Shown piece by piece: positions 22,520-32,687 of a stretch of 64,000 nucleotides of DNA. Position 1 is the stretch's first letter. Each line of letters opens with the position of its first letter. The notes below the pieces were generated by a model, which had not been told where the DNA came from, made no database searches, and was given only the letters and a program-made list of their open reading frames with translations. A program made the position numbers and the translations under genes. The stretch spans positions 480,001 to 544,000 of the forward strand of contig CAXXMV010000006.1 of the NCBI GenBank assembly GCA_963662285.2, in the 5' to 3' direction. This DNA is from a bacterium (GTDB lineage Bacteria; Hinthialibacterota; Hinthialibacteria; Hinthialibacterales; Hinthialibacteraceae).

Positions 22520-24169
22520 TTAAAATAATTCCCATCCGGCAACCGGAGTGCTGGCGAATATTGCGCCAAGACCCTGTCCTGGTGAACTAGGATCAAGCTG
22601 GAATGGATTATCTGAATCTGGATCGGTATTAAGGAAAACCGGGGTTTCACGAATTACTGTATCCAGTCCAAGAACCAAGTCTTCATATCCGCAATATAAG
22701 CGGGCGCCTAGAACATTATCTTTGTTGTCAGTTCCATCAATCAAAACATCTTCCCAGACGCGTGAATCCTCATTGGCGATTTCACCGACCAGGCAGTTAT
22801 CAACATTGAGAACCGCGACATCGGAGGTAGCGTTATTGAATGCCGCACACCAAATAGAACTACCGCTGAAATTAGAATAGAGGCCAGTTTCCCAAGCTGG
22901 ATATAATCCATTTTCATCCAGAAATTCGCTGCCTTCGAGGGGCAGGCCTGATTCATCAACCGCAGGAGGAGAATTGTATCCGATGAGATCGAAAATGCTG
23001 TTGGTAACCGTAAGCTTGGTATCTTCCGTACCTCCGCCTGAACCTATCGAGGCGCCGCTTAAGCATTTAATAAAGGTGCAGTGATCCACGGTCATTTGAC
23101 CGGCGTTATGGTTATTCACCCCGCCATAGTAGGCGCGTTGAGCAAATGAACTTCCAGCGTTAACGAAAATGCAATGAGTAACATTGGAGGTGCATGTGTG
23201 TCCGTCTTGCGTCTGGATTGCGATAGCTGAGTTTTCGCCGTCGCCATTATTGCCTTGGTTAGTTCGCGTGAATACGCAGTGATCAGCATTGATGTTGGCG
23301 CCACGGCCTCGCGCAGCGAATTTCCCCATAGCATCGAAACGGCAATAATTGAAATCGAGAGTTAAACTGCCTGGTCCGCTACCACGGTTTGAGGGGAACA
23401 CGCCGGCATCGTATGAATGATGGAAATAGCAATTTTCAAATGTGACGGTAATATCTTCCCCATAAGTGAAATGATCCATGCGGGCAAGAGTTCCGGCTTG
23501 TCCATTCTCATTGCTAAGCAGATAGCCCTGGCTGTCGAGAGACGGTTCCACATCTGCATCAGTAGCCACGCCTGAAAATTCACAATTACGAATGATGCAG
23601 CCATCGCAATTACGTCCGCCTTCTAATGCAGATCCATTAGCGCCTTCTTGAGCGAAGAATACAAGGGTATTGGGATAATTTATCTGACGTTCGGTTCCAG
23701 CAGCCGGGCGGAACAGGCAATTGTCGATAACAACATCATCCGCCATTACGAAAAGCGCTCCGACGCCAACAGAGGTAATGTCCATATCAGGATTGCCTTC
23801 AATGATCAAGTTTGAAAGCACTGAATTGTCAACGAAAAGGCCGAAACCGGCGCCTCTATCCACGTCACCGCGATGGACTTCCAGATAGGCTTTCGCTTCA
23901 CTTGGAGTGATAACAGGACGCGCATCGCCATCTTTGTCAGATGTCAGAGTAACTGCCGCGCCGCCTCTATTATCAGGATCGCCGATTTCAAGATTTTCAA
24001 CATAGGTGCTGCTGTCGGTGATAGTTATAACATCGGCGCCGCTGTCAATCGCCGCTTGAATTGTTGTGTAAGCTCCATTGGCGCCTGATTGATTCACTTC
24101 AACTGAAACCGACCAGCCGCATAATGCGAACACACTAGATAAAACTAATACACACAAAATCTTTTTCAT
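22520..24169 (-). CDS. Secreted right-handed beta-helix (pectin-lyase-like fold) protein ending TPVAGWELF
   Basis: Sec signal; YTTIQAAID start; repeated [IF]xNCxF/DHCxF coils; FQLDPSSP near the C-terminus. Confidence 0.75.
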   Translation of the reverse strand: MKKILCVLVLSSVFALCGWSVSVEVNQSGANGAYTTIQAAIDSGADVITITDSSTYVENLEIGDPDNRGGAAVTLTSDKDGDARPVITPSEAKAYLEVHRGDVDRGAGFGLFVDNSVLSNLIIEGNPDMDITSVGVGALFVMADDVVIDNCLFRPAAGTERQINYPNTLVFFAQEGANGSALEGGRNCDGCIIRNCEFSGVATDADVEPSLDSQGYLLSNENGQAGTLARMDHFTYGEDITVTFENCYFHHSYDAGVFPSNRGSGPGSLTLDFNYCRFDAMGKFAARGRGANINADHCVFTRTNQGNNGDGENSAIAIQTQDGHTCTSNVTHCIFVNAGSSFAQRAYYGGVNNHNAGQMTVDHCTFIKCLSGASIGSGGGTEDTKLTVTNSIFDLIGYNSPPAVDESGLPLEGSEFLDENGLYPAWETGLYSNFSGSSIWCAAFNNATSDVAVLNVDNCLVGEIANEDSRVWEDVLIDGTDNKDNVLGARLYCGYEDLVLGLDTVIRETPVFLNTDPDSDNPFQLDPSSPGQGLGAIFASTPVAGWELF

Positions 24170-24436
24170 AATGCTTTCCTTTCATAAAAAATTTTAAAAT
24201 TATACAAAATACTAAAATGTATCATTCTATTTAACATATTAGGTAATGTGATGCTAGAGTGGGTATCTCAAAATGCAGGTTGATTATTTGATCACTAATT
24301 AGAACATTAGAATGAATTATTGCTCTTTAGCGGTTAACAAAAATATATGCGCATTGAAAACATTGGATTTGTTAAAAATCCCATCTTTTTGAGACTTTTG
24401 ACAACCGCATTGACGCACGTTATTTTGAGAATCGCT

Positions 24437-25300
24437 CTAATGAAGCAGGAACACATCCAGGCAGGTGAAGAGAAACAGGCCGATGCTGATGATGCCGTTG
24501 ACGTTGAAGAACGCTATGTTTATCCGCTTTATGTCATTGGGGCTTACCAGGGCGTGCTCATAGATTATCAAGGCGCCGAAACCGAGAGCGCCAGTCCAAT
24601 AAAGCCATCCCAATTCACCAATTACGCCAAATAGACCAATCATGATTACACTGAGAATATGGGTAATCAGTGAGACGCGCAATGCGCCGGTTTTACCAAA
24701 TGAAACTACCAGTGAATGCAGTCCAGCGCCCCGGTCGAACTCTTCATCCATCAGGGCGTAGATGACATCGAATCCGGCTACCCAGAACAATACAGCGCAG
24801 GCCAGGATGAGCGGCGCTATAGCAAAGGCGCCGGTCACCGCGATCCATGCGCCGACGGGAGCGATGGCCAGGGCTAAACCCAGCACGAAATGGGATAGTG
24901 ATGTAAAACGCTTGCAGAATGAATATCCACAGATTATCACTAAAGCAACTGGTGAAAGCAGTAAGACTAGAGAATTCAGCTGATAAGCGCCGAAGAAGAA
25001 CACTCCTGATGATAAGAACCATAATCCAACCGCTTCCAGCAGATTAACTGCTCCGCTTGGCAGATGGCGATCCCTGGTTCGTGGATTTTGGGCGTCAATG
25101 CGGCGGTCCACAATACGGTTGAAGGTCATGGCGGAAGTTCTGGCGCCGACCATGCATACCATGATCCAGAGCATAATGCGCCATGAAGGAATTCCCTGAG
25201 CAGCGACCAGAGCGCTCATGAAGGCGAATGGCAGTGCAAAAATAGTATGTGAAAAACGCACTAAGCCGAGATAATTATTAAGACGTTGGATAATCGTCAT
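24437..25300 (-). CDS. ubiA: UbiA-family prenyltransferase (MqnP-like)
   Basis: HTIFALPF, NRIVDRRIDAQNPRT and WVAGFDVIYALMD motifs. Confidence 0.9.
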   Translation of the reverse strand: MTIIQRLNNYLGLVRFSHTIFALPFAFMSALVAAQGIPSWRIMLWIMVCMVGARTSAMTFNRIVDRRIDAQNPRTRDRHLPSGAVNLLEAVGLWFLSSGVFFFGAYQLNSLVLLLSPVALVIICGYSFCKRFTSLSHFVLGLALAIAPVGAWIAVTGAFAIAPLILACAVLFWVAGFDVIYALMDEEFDRGAGLHSLVVSFGKTGALRVSLITHILSVIMIGLFGVIGELGWLYWTGALGFGALIIYEHALVSPNDIKRINIAFFNVNGIISIGLFLFTCLDVFLLH

Positions 25301-25955
25301 TAGATTCCAGGTGCGTCCTGGTTGAGATCGAATTTATTTCTCCCCAACCGCCTTTTAGTAAACTATCCGATTCGATGCCCAATTGCTGAAGGATGCGTCC
25401 AACCACGAAATTAACCATTTCATCAACCGATTTGGGATGATGGTAAAAACCGGGATTGGCGGGCAGAATAGTTGCTCCCGCCTGAGACAAGGTTAGCATG
25501 TTGTTCAAATGAATAGTGTTGTATGGCGTCTCGCGTGGAACCACAATCAGAGGTCGTCGTTCTTTAAGAGCCACGTCAGCCATACGCACCGCCAGGTTAT
25601 CCGAAGTGCCATGCGCTATGCGTCCCAACGTCCCCATGCTGCAAGGAACCACCGCAACCGCATTTATTCCATACGATCCAGAAGCGGGAGCGGCGCCCAC
25701 ATGAGTATAATGATGGTAAATCACCCACTCAAAGAAACCTTCAGTCAGACCTTTGATATGTCCGGTTTCCAGGTCGATATCAAGGCCCATTTCCATATTG
25801 GCGATATGTTTGGCGTTGGGGCTGATTGTGAGGTGAACCACAATATTTCGGTAAACTAATTCCTGCAGAAGCCGAAAACCATATATGACGCCGCTGGCGC
25901 CAGTGATAGCTAAGCCGATTTTTATGGATTTGGCGGGTTTATTGCTTCGCTCCAT
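25278..25955 (-). CDS. ubiX: Flavin prenyltransferase UbiX
   Basis: ITGASG, ASGS, VPCSMGTL, RMADVALKERR, PRETP and PGFYH motifs. ATG at 25955 chosen as start. Confidence 0.93.
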   Translation of the reverse strand: MERSNKPAKSIKIGLAITGASGVIYGFRLLQELVYRNIVVHLTISPNAKHIANMEMGLDIDLETGHIKGLTEGFFEWVIYHHYTHVGAAPASGSYGINAVAVVPCSMGTLGRIAHGTSDNLAVRMADVALKERRPLIVVPRETPYNTIHLNNMLTLSQAGATILPANPGFYHHPKSVDEMVNFVVGRILQQLGIESDSLLKGGWGEINSISTRTHLESNDDYPTS

Positions 25956-26492
25956 AATGTGATAAGTCCTCGATATAAAATAGATAATATAGATTGTAAT
26001 TAGTACTTTTGAAATCAAATAGGGTGATAAATGCGATTTTTCCTGTTATGCATGGTTTTTAAGATGGCTTTTATCGCTGTAATTGACTACAATATATTGA
26101 CTTCAATCAAAAAGCGCTTGCTTGAAGCAGGTTTGTATTGATATCAGTGGAATTGTTCAAAATTCCATCTTTTTTGAATTTAGAGCGATTAGAGCGATTA
26201 TCAAAATTATGTTTGTTTATTATTACCTTTGGTCTCCGAAAAAGCCAATCAGAACATAATTATGAAAACCACTCTAAGTAAAAAACATTTCGCCTTAACA
26301 ATAGGCTCTATAGAATTTCATTGGATTGTTTTGTTATAATGTATTTTAGGGCGGTTGCATAAAAAATTTCTTTTTTTCAGGCTTATAAACTAATATATGT
26401 TCGAAAATCTCTCGATTCAGCGTTTATGGCATAAAGATTGAATATATCTTTGAGAACCATACCAGTTGATTGATTTGGATGTTTTAATGGAT

Positions 26493-26554
26493 TGGTAAAA
26501 CTAATAAGTTCATGATCCACGACTGGTAAAAATAATAAGTTCATGATCCACGAC
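26493..26554 (+). repeat. 31-bp tandem duplication with one mismatch
   Basis: TGGTAAAA[C/A]TAATAAGTTCATGATCCACGAC occurs twice and includes the start codon of the next gene. Confidence 0.85.
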
Positions 26555-27097
26555 AGGGGAAAACAAATACTAGAGGATAATGAACGTGCGCTTCTTCTTT
26601 TATGGTTGCGCATAACAGTTGTGATATGTTTATATCTGGCCTCTATATCTGTCTTGGATGCATTTGTATCGCTTTTTTCGTATTGGGGATTTTTAGCGGG
26701 GCGAATGGATCCCAATATTCATCAGGAATGGTATGGGGAGTTTCAAAAAATTCAACAATCGCCATCTCTCTTTATAATAATGAATTTATATAATATTGTA
26801 ATATGGAATGGCGTAATTGTCTGTTCCATCTGGCTCTTACGTTATCATATATGGTCTCGAAGATTGCTGGGGGCTTTACTAGGTCTGGATATGGTTGTTA
26901 CTGTAATGCATCTCCTATTTAAGGCCTGGAGCGGCGACTTGGCTTTATCGAGTCCCGCATGGTTTATAATAATGAATGCCCTGCAAGTTGCCGCAATTAT
27001 TGTTCTGGCTCATCCCCGGATTATTGAATTGCTCGAACAGTTTGCAGAGCAGAGAAAACAAATATCCGAACCATTAAGACATTCTGATATCCAATGA
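26543..27097 (+). CDS. Hypothetical membrane protein (about 4 TM helices)
   Basis: 184-aa ORF with four hydrophobic stretches; co-oriented with the next gene. Confidence 0.65.
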   Translation: MIHDRGKQILEDNERALLLLWLRITVVICLYLASISVLDAFVSLFSYWGFLAGRMDPNIHQEWYGEFQKIQQSPSLFIIMNLYNIVIWNGVIVCSIWLLRYHIWSRRLLGALLGLDMVVTVMHLLFKAWSGDLALSSPAWFIIMNALQVAAIIVLAHPRIIELLEQFAEQRKQISEPLRHSDIQ

Positions 27098-27122
27098 GGG
27101 AGAAAGGTGGTTCCCGAATAAT

Positions 27123-29831
27123 ATGGAAACTCGCACCCTTCAAGTGATTCTTGAACATTGCTTTACATCCGCCAGACTTAAACAGATGTTCCCAAATTCG
27201 CCGATGGGTATGAATCTCTATCAATCTGCTGTTAATGAGATTTTGGACGAATCAAATATTGGCTTGGAACTCCTGGGTATACTGGATGATGAATCTTTAC
27301 CTCAAAGGCAAAAGATTCAATCCATGAAAGTCTCTGAACTGCGCAGCAATCTGGCCGTTGAATTTCTTGAACCTGGTCGTACCCTGGGTTTGATTTTGTG
27401 GTCGCTGATGCGTGATGATCGGCTTAGCTCCCGTAACTTGGCGGATCAATTGGCTAAACGCTTTAGCTCGCCTGTTGATGAAAATGATGATAAAACTGGT
27501 GATGAAACTGATGATTCTGTGCAGGAATCTGTTTTTATACAACACTCTGTTGAAGAAAATGAAACGCCATCCTTAACCCTGGATCAACAGATTGCAGAAA
27601 TAGACGAAACCGGCCTGCTTGAATCAGGCAGCGAAGATGATGTTGATGATCTTGATCTCGACTCTTTACTACAAGATATTCAAGATGAAGAGGATATCTC
27701 GGATCAGGATATGGGTGATGATATCGAAGATATCCTGGATGATCCATCTGAGATCGATACGCCGGGAGCGGCGGATTACTCCAAAGACGTTGAAGTTAAT
27801 GATGATTTGTTAGGTGAAGTAGATTCCTTTATTGCTTCGTTGGACGAAGATGAGCCGGATGATGAAACTGAGATAAATCTTGGCGACATTGAGGATGATC
27901 TTGATGCTGAAGCTTTGCTGGAAGATGTCGACTTTGGCGAATCTGATATCCCAGAGGAGGATGCTGAACCGGATGATGAAATAGAGATCGAGTTTGAATT
28001 GGATCAATACCTGGATGATGACAATGAAGAAGACTTTCCTCATATCGAAGCGGGAATCCCGGAAGAAAAAATTGATGAATTGCTCAATGATGATTTTTCT
28101 ATTCCTGAAGATTTAGAATCACAATCCCCGGACGATTTCGTTGAAGAAGATATGGAGGAAGACGATTTTATTATAGATGATGAAATTGAAGAACCTGAAG
28201 TAGTTGAAACTCTTCAAGCAGTTGCAGAAGAACCTGTTTCTCCTCCTGTGCCTACTATTCAACTGGGTGGAATATCGATCTCTCTTCACTCTTTGAAAAG
28301 AGCATGCGAGAACGTATTTAATGAACCAGTGGAACTGGTTACCGATGAGAATCTCACTGTTCAAGACCAAGTTGTGGTTGTCGGACGTCAATGCGGCGTG
28401 CGTATTATGCACGGCCCTACCTGGACTCAACCCATTGAACCCTTCAGAGAAAGCAGCGGCGAATCAATAACTATTAATCCGCAGAGTCTGACTTTCGCTT
28501 TATCACGCGTATATAAAGAATCAGTTGAATTGATCCCGGATAATGATCTCTTGGGGAAAGGCTCTATTTTATTTGCGGGTAAATCTACTGGTTTAACCAT
28601 AATGGAAAACCATCGGGTCGTCGTTCCATTGCCTGAATGGGCTGAAGGATTGGTGAAAACCGACGATGATTCTTCTGAACAAATGGCGCAGGAAATCAGT
28701 CTGTTGCGCAATCAGATTGATGTTTTGGCATCCCGGATCGAGACGCTTGAACAAGCTCCGCCTCCCATGCCAGCCACCGTGGTTGAAACGTCGCCCCAAC
28801 CTGTTGATGAACCGGTTTATGAAGAACCTGATATCGAAGAGCCAATCATTGATGAGCCAGTTGATGAATTGGATATTGATGAAGGAGATGTGTCGCAAGA
28901 ACCCATTTCTATTGATGAGATCGAATCTGAAGAATTAGAGCCGGTTGTCGAGCCGGATTTTGACCTTGATGAACTCGATGAGATAGACATAGCCTCCATC
29001 ACCGAAGATGAAGATGAAGATGAAATTGAAATTGAAGATACTCCCCAGGAAGAGACTGACGAAGAAGACGACCTTGATTTTGGCGATGTGAGTCTTGATG
29101 AATTAAATCTTGACGATATTGCTGGAGATGTAACCGAAACAACCGAAGAATCTATAGAGGATGATATAGGCGATATCTCTGATATTGGAGAGATCGATCT
29201 GAGCGAAATTGCAGAAGACGAAATCGAAGATGAAACCGAAGAAATTAGTGACATTGATGAAATTGATGTTGACTCTCTGCTTGAGACTGAAGACGCAGAT
29301 GAAAGCGAACTCTCTGATGAAGAGATTAACCTTGATGATCTCGACCTCAGCGCTGATTACGAGATAGATGATGATTCTGATGAAGCCGCAGAAATCGGTG
29401 ATGACGAACTGAATCTGGATGATATCGGCCTGGATGCGTCTGAACTTGATGAAGTCGATTTAGGCGGGATTCTGGATGAACTGGATTCTGAAGACGATTC
29501 AGCTGGAGAAGTTGAACCGGTTTTTAACGGCGAAAGTATTCTTCTGCTTGGCGGCGAAGCTAATAACCAGGAAGAATATATGCGGGTGGTCTCAGAACTG
29601 GGTGGAACCTGCGTCTGGCATGCCAACCTCAATGACATGCCTGAGGGAGAGATTGCCGGATTGGTTGAAGGCGCTGATATTGTTATGACCCTGTCATCAG
29701 AAGCAGTCTCCGATCCGGGAATTATGCAAGCGGCCAACTACGCCGAAGAACAAGGCAAGACCTTGATTCAACATCACTCTTCCAGCCCGGTCAGCATCCA
29801 GAAAGAACTGATCAAATCAGTTGAAGGATAA
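27123..29831 (+). CDS. Very acidic 902-aa protein with a DUF2325-like C-terminal domain
   Basis: Long D/E-rich tracts; an internal duplicated domain; C-terminal ILLLGG...GGTCVWH...ADIVM segment resembling DUF2325. Confidence 0.75.
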   Translation: METRTLQVILEHCFTSARLKQMFPNSPMGMNLYQSAVNEILDESNIGLELLGILDDESLPQRQKIQSMKVSELRSNLAVEFLEPGRTLGLILWSLMRDDRLSSRNLADQLAKRFSSPVDENDDKTGDETDDSVQESVFIQHSVEENETPSLTLDQQIAEIDETGLLESGSEDDVDDLDLDSLLQDIQDEEDISDQDMGDDIEDILDDPSEIDTPGAADYSKDVEVNDDLLGEVDSFIASLDEDEPDDETEINLGDIEDDLDAEALLEDVDFGESDIPEEDAEPDDEIEIEFELDQYLDDDNEEDFPHIEAGIPEEKIDELLNDDFSIPEDLESQSPDDFVEEDMEEDDFIIDDEIEEPEVVETLQAVAEEPVSPPVPTIQLGGISISLHSLKRACENVFNEPVELVTDENLTVQDQVVVVGRQCGVRIMHGPTWTQPIEPFRESSGESITINPQSLTFALSRVYKESVELIPDNDLLGKGSILFAGKSTGLTIMENHRVVVPLPEWAEGLVKTDDDSSEQMAQEISLLRNQIDVLASRIETLEQAPPPMPATVVETSPQPVDEPVYEEPDIEEPIIDEPVDELDIDEGDVSQEPISIDEIESEELEPVVEPDFDLDELDEIDIASITEDEDEDEIEIEDTPQEETDEEDDLDFGDVSLDELNLDDIAGDVTETTEESIEDDIGDISDIGEIDLSEIAEDEIEDETEEISDIDEIDVDSLLETEDADESELSDEEINLDDLDLSADYEIDDDSDEAAEIGDDELNLDDIGLDASELDEVDLGGILDELDSEDDSAGEVEPVFNGESILLLGGEANNQEEYMRVVSELGGTCVWHANLNDMPEGEIAGLVEGADIVMTLSSEAVSDPGIMQAANYAEEQGKTLIQHHSSSPVSIQKELIKSVEG

Positions 29832-29870
29832 TTATAAATTGTTTTAATAATATGAATCTTGATATAATTA

Positions 29871-29906
29871 AATCAGCCCGAATGCGCCAATGCATTCGGG
29901 CTGATT
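29871..29906 (+). terminator. Rho-independent terminator
   Basis: AATCAGCCCGAATGC-GCCAAT-GCATTCGGGCTGATT followed by ATTT. Confidence 0.75.
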
Positions 29907-29968
29907 ATTTGACAAATTACAATAAGTTGATCGATATATTTTTACGTAAGTCTTGAGTTTAGAGAAAA

Positions 29969-30042
29969 CTGGGACGGCAGGACTCGAACCTGCAAACTCC
30001 TGAACCAAAATCAGGTGACTGTACCAATTCGTCTACGTCCCA
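29969..30042 (-). tRNA. tRNA-Gln (anticodon TTG), CCA not encoded
   Basis: Reverse complement TGGGACGTAGACGAATTGGTACAGTCACCTGATTTTGGTTCAGGAGTTTGCAGGTTCGAGTCCTGCCGTCCCAG. Acceptor stem TGGGACG/CGTCCCA, anticodon arm CCTGA-TTTTGGT-TCAGG, T-loop GTTCGAG. Confidence 0.95.
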
Positions 30043-30236
30043 TTGATTGGATAGGTATTTTATTTCTATTCCCTTTGGTGTCAATGCCCCAATAAGCAAT
30101 CTAGAGCCAAAATTTAACTATTCTATATCTTCGACTCAAGATCACTTTTGTCCAGTGCATTCAAGACCTATACTACTCTCGATTCCTATTAGTTTATAAT
30201 ATAAGTATAGGACATATATCTGAGGAGTTTATTCTT

Positions 30237-30602
30237 ATGAGAACCTTGATTTTAACCAGTTTAACATTAATGGCTGCACAGGCCTTCGCACAGGATGCGC
30301 CCGCCGGAACTACTACTACTCCCGATCCGATGGCGGGCATCGGTAATATGATGCTCTTGATGGGCAGCATTTTCGCTATCTTCTATTTTCTGCTGATTCG
30401 TCCCCAACAGAAACAGCGTCAAAAGCAGGAAGAGCGTATCAACCAGTTGAAAAAAGGCGATAAAGTTGTCTGTGGAGGAGGAATCTTCGGTTCGATTATC
30501 GGCGTTAAAGACGAAAAAGCATATATCAAAATTGCTGAGAATGTTAAAATTGAAGTCCTCAAATCCACTATTACCCATATCGTTGGTGAGGAAGAAAATT
30601 AA
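30237..30602 (+). CDS. yajC: Preprotein translocase subunit YajC
   Basis: FYFLLIRPQQK...LKKGDKV...GGIFG signature; RBS GAGGAG. Confidence 0.93.
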   Translation: MRTLILTSLTLMAAQAFAQDAPAGTTTTPDPMAGIGNMMLLMGSIFAIFYFLLIRPQQKQRQKQEERINQLKKGDKVVCGGGIFGSIIGVKDEKAYIKIAENVKIEVLKSTITHIVGEEEN

Positions 30603-32209
30603 TGTTTAGAATCTCTGGCGCTAAATTTGGTATGATTTATATCGGCATCTTGTTAATTGCATGCAGTCAATTGGCGGCTCAGCCCTTGCTGACGACCTGG
30701 TCAGCTGACGATCTGGCGCAGATTGAATCATTCTCCGCCAACCAAAAGCGCTTGGGAACTCATTATTTCTATTGGTATGATTACCCCAATCAACATTTCT
30801 TCGATAATGCAGCGCGCACCGATGATGCTTTGCAGGATCATTTCCCCGATGCCGAATCGGTCAGTTTCCGTTCGGTCGATTGGCACGCGCAACAGCTGGC
30901 TGATTGCGCAGCCGCCGGGATTGATTTTATCCTGCCGGTCTATTGGGGAGTGGTTGATAACTACTTGAAACCTAACGTGTCCTTCAGCGTACAAGGCCTT
31001 GAACCTCTGCAAAAATCTATCGCTGGACGGTCTGAACAGGGCGAAAAATCGCCCAAAATCGGACTGTTCTACGATACATCAACCCTGCTGCCCGGCATAC
31101 GCGGCGATAATCAGAGTGAAAAATACGACCTGCGCTCCGCTAAAGGCAAGGACATCTTCTACCGCACCATCAGCGACTTCTTCTATCAAATCCATCCCAA
31201 ACACTGGGCGGCGATTGATGGCAAGCCTATTGTGGTATTGTATGGCAGCGGCTTCGCCAAGAATCACGATCAAAGCACGGTTGATTATGTCTATCAACAG
31301 TTCGCCAAGGATTTCCACGGTATAAAGCCATACATCATCAAGGACAGTTCCTGGGGCTTTCAATGCGATGCTACAACCCAATGGGGCGCAGCGCTCCAAG
31401 GGCCTAATATATTCGGCAAAGTCGCCCAAGTCGGGCCGGGCTACAATGACGGCGCAGTTCCGGGACGCACCACCCCCATCCGCGACCGGGAGAATGGCAA
31501 TTACTACCGCTTCGGTTGGAACAAGATTCTGAACTCTGACATCAATCTGGTTCTTGTCGAAACCTGGAACGAAATGCACGAGGGAACCGACATCTGCGCC
31601 TCACGCGAATTCGGGCGCCAATACATTGATATTACCCGCAATTACGTTGACCTATGGAAGAGCGGCGCCAAGGGAGGGGAAGATATAGTTCTCGAACATC
31701 CCGATCTGCTGCCCCATCCTCCATCAGATAAAGGCAGCGAGTACCGCAACGCAAACCAGGTCAGTTTCAGCGCCGCTAGTTCGGAGGGAATCTATCTGAT
31801 AAGCGGCAATGAGGATGGCCCCACCCAAAACGCTGAGTTAGGCGGCGCCCAATGCATCCGCACTCCAGAAGCCCGCAATACCTACATCTATTTTGCGGTG
31901 GCCGATCCATTTTATTTTGATTTAAGTGAACCGTTGCTTCTGGAATATACCGTTTGGGATGATGGACACGACTGGCATGTGGCGCAGTATGATTCCCATG
32001 ATAAAAACGCCACGCTGGACGGGGCTTACAAAAACGCGCCGCAGAAATCCTGCAAGAAATCAAAAGGCTGGGTGACGCATCGCATCGAGTTAAAAGATGC
32101 GCGTCTGGTGAACCGGCAGAACCGCGGCGCTGACCTCAGGTTTTCGGTGAGTGGTGGATGGTTGGCTATAAAGGACGTAACGCTAAAGAAACTTTCATCC
32201 GTTCGTTGA
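30602..32209 (+). CDS. Secreted DUF5010/GH99-like glycoside-hydrolase-fold protein
   Basis: Signal peptide; HYFYWY, AGIDFILPVYWG, PGYND and ETWNEMHEG motifs; C-terminal beta-sandwich. Confidence 0.65.
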   Translation: MFRISGAKFGMIYIGILLIACSQLAAQPLLTTWSADDLAQIESFSANQKRLGTHYFYWYDYPNQHFFDNAARTDDALQDHFPDAESVSFRSVDWHAQQLADCAAAGIDFILPVYWGVVDNYLKPNVSFSVQGLEPLQKSIAGRSEQGEKSPKIGLFYDTSTLLPGIRGDNQSEKYDLRSAKGKDIFYRTISDFFYQIHPKHWAAIDGKPIVVLYGSGFAKNHDQSTVDYVYQQFAKDFHGIKPYIIKDSSWGFQCDATTQWGAALQGPNIFGKVAQVGPGYNDGAVPGRTTPIRDRENGNYYRFGWNKILNSDINLVLVETWNEMHEGTDICASREFGRQYIDITRNYVDLWKSGAKGGEDIVLEHPDLLPHPPSDKGSEYRNANQVSFSAASSEGIYLISGNEDGPTQNAELGGAQCIRTPEARNTYIYFAVADPFYFDLSEPLLLEYTVWDDGHDWHVAQYDSHDKNATLDGAYKNAPQKSCKKSKGWVTHRIELKDARLVNRQNRGADLRFSVSGGWLAIKDVTLKKLSSVR

Positions 32210-32535
32210 TGTGGGGGCGCCGCGAACTGAAGCGCTCGCAACTTGATCCAGAACTGAACAAAATCTTCGATGGATCATATCAACTAATGATGGGCAGCGA
32301 CCTCTCGGAGCAGCCGGATATCTTCGGCAAACGGCTCACCGTCAGAGGCGTGTTCATCTACAAACATGCAACCCACTGGCTAAGCCAATTATTCCTCCAA
32401 CTGCAATTCGACGTCATCCTCTACAATGAGATCGACATAACCAAAATCAAAGTACCCCCGGAATACATAAAAGTTCGCATGAGAGACCTACAGGAATTCC
32501 CCTACACCGCCGCTGTTCAGGTGCATGTGGATTAG
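32209..32535 (+). CDS. Hypothetical protein
   Basis: Its ATG overlaps the upstream TGA (TGATG); no recognised motif. Confidence 0.4.
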   Translation: MWGRRELKRSQLDPELNKIFDGSYQLMMGSDLSEQPDIFGKRLTVRGVFIYKHATHWLSQLFLQLQFDVILYNEIDITKIKVPPEYIKVRMRDLQEFPYTAAVQVHVD

Positions 32536-32554
32536 CGTTTAACTATCCTACTGG

Positions 32555-32687
32555 CTAATCCTCATTTTCCTCAATCTGGTCTTGTCTTATATTTGTTATC
32601 AATGCCTTCAAATAAAACTTTTCAAATTCTTGACATCGCTCATCGAGGTTAACCTCAGATATTACAACATCATCATGTCTATAAGTT
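32555..32687 (-). pseudogene. Detached 3' end of the low-GC gene starting at 35878, separated from it by the IS
   Basis: Removing the IS and one AAGTT copy extends the frame ...ENLT-YRHDDVVISEVNLDERCQEFEKFYLKALITNIRQDQIEENED* to a TAG at 32555. Confidence 0.8.

Noticed and set aside
28817-29737. Ser-rich minus-strand ORFs
   Set aside because: They are the reverse-complement consequence of GAT/GAA codons in the acidic protein.
29969-30042. tRNA-Gln as an island integration site
   Set aside because: No duplicated tRNA 3' end and no integrase were seen, and the flanking genes look native.
30237-30602. yajC without adjacent tgt/secDF
   Set aside because: yajC is often unlinked from secDF, so this is not informative by itself.
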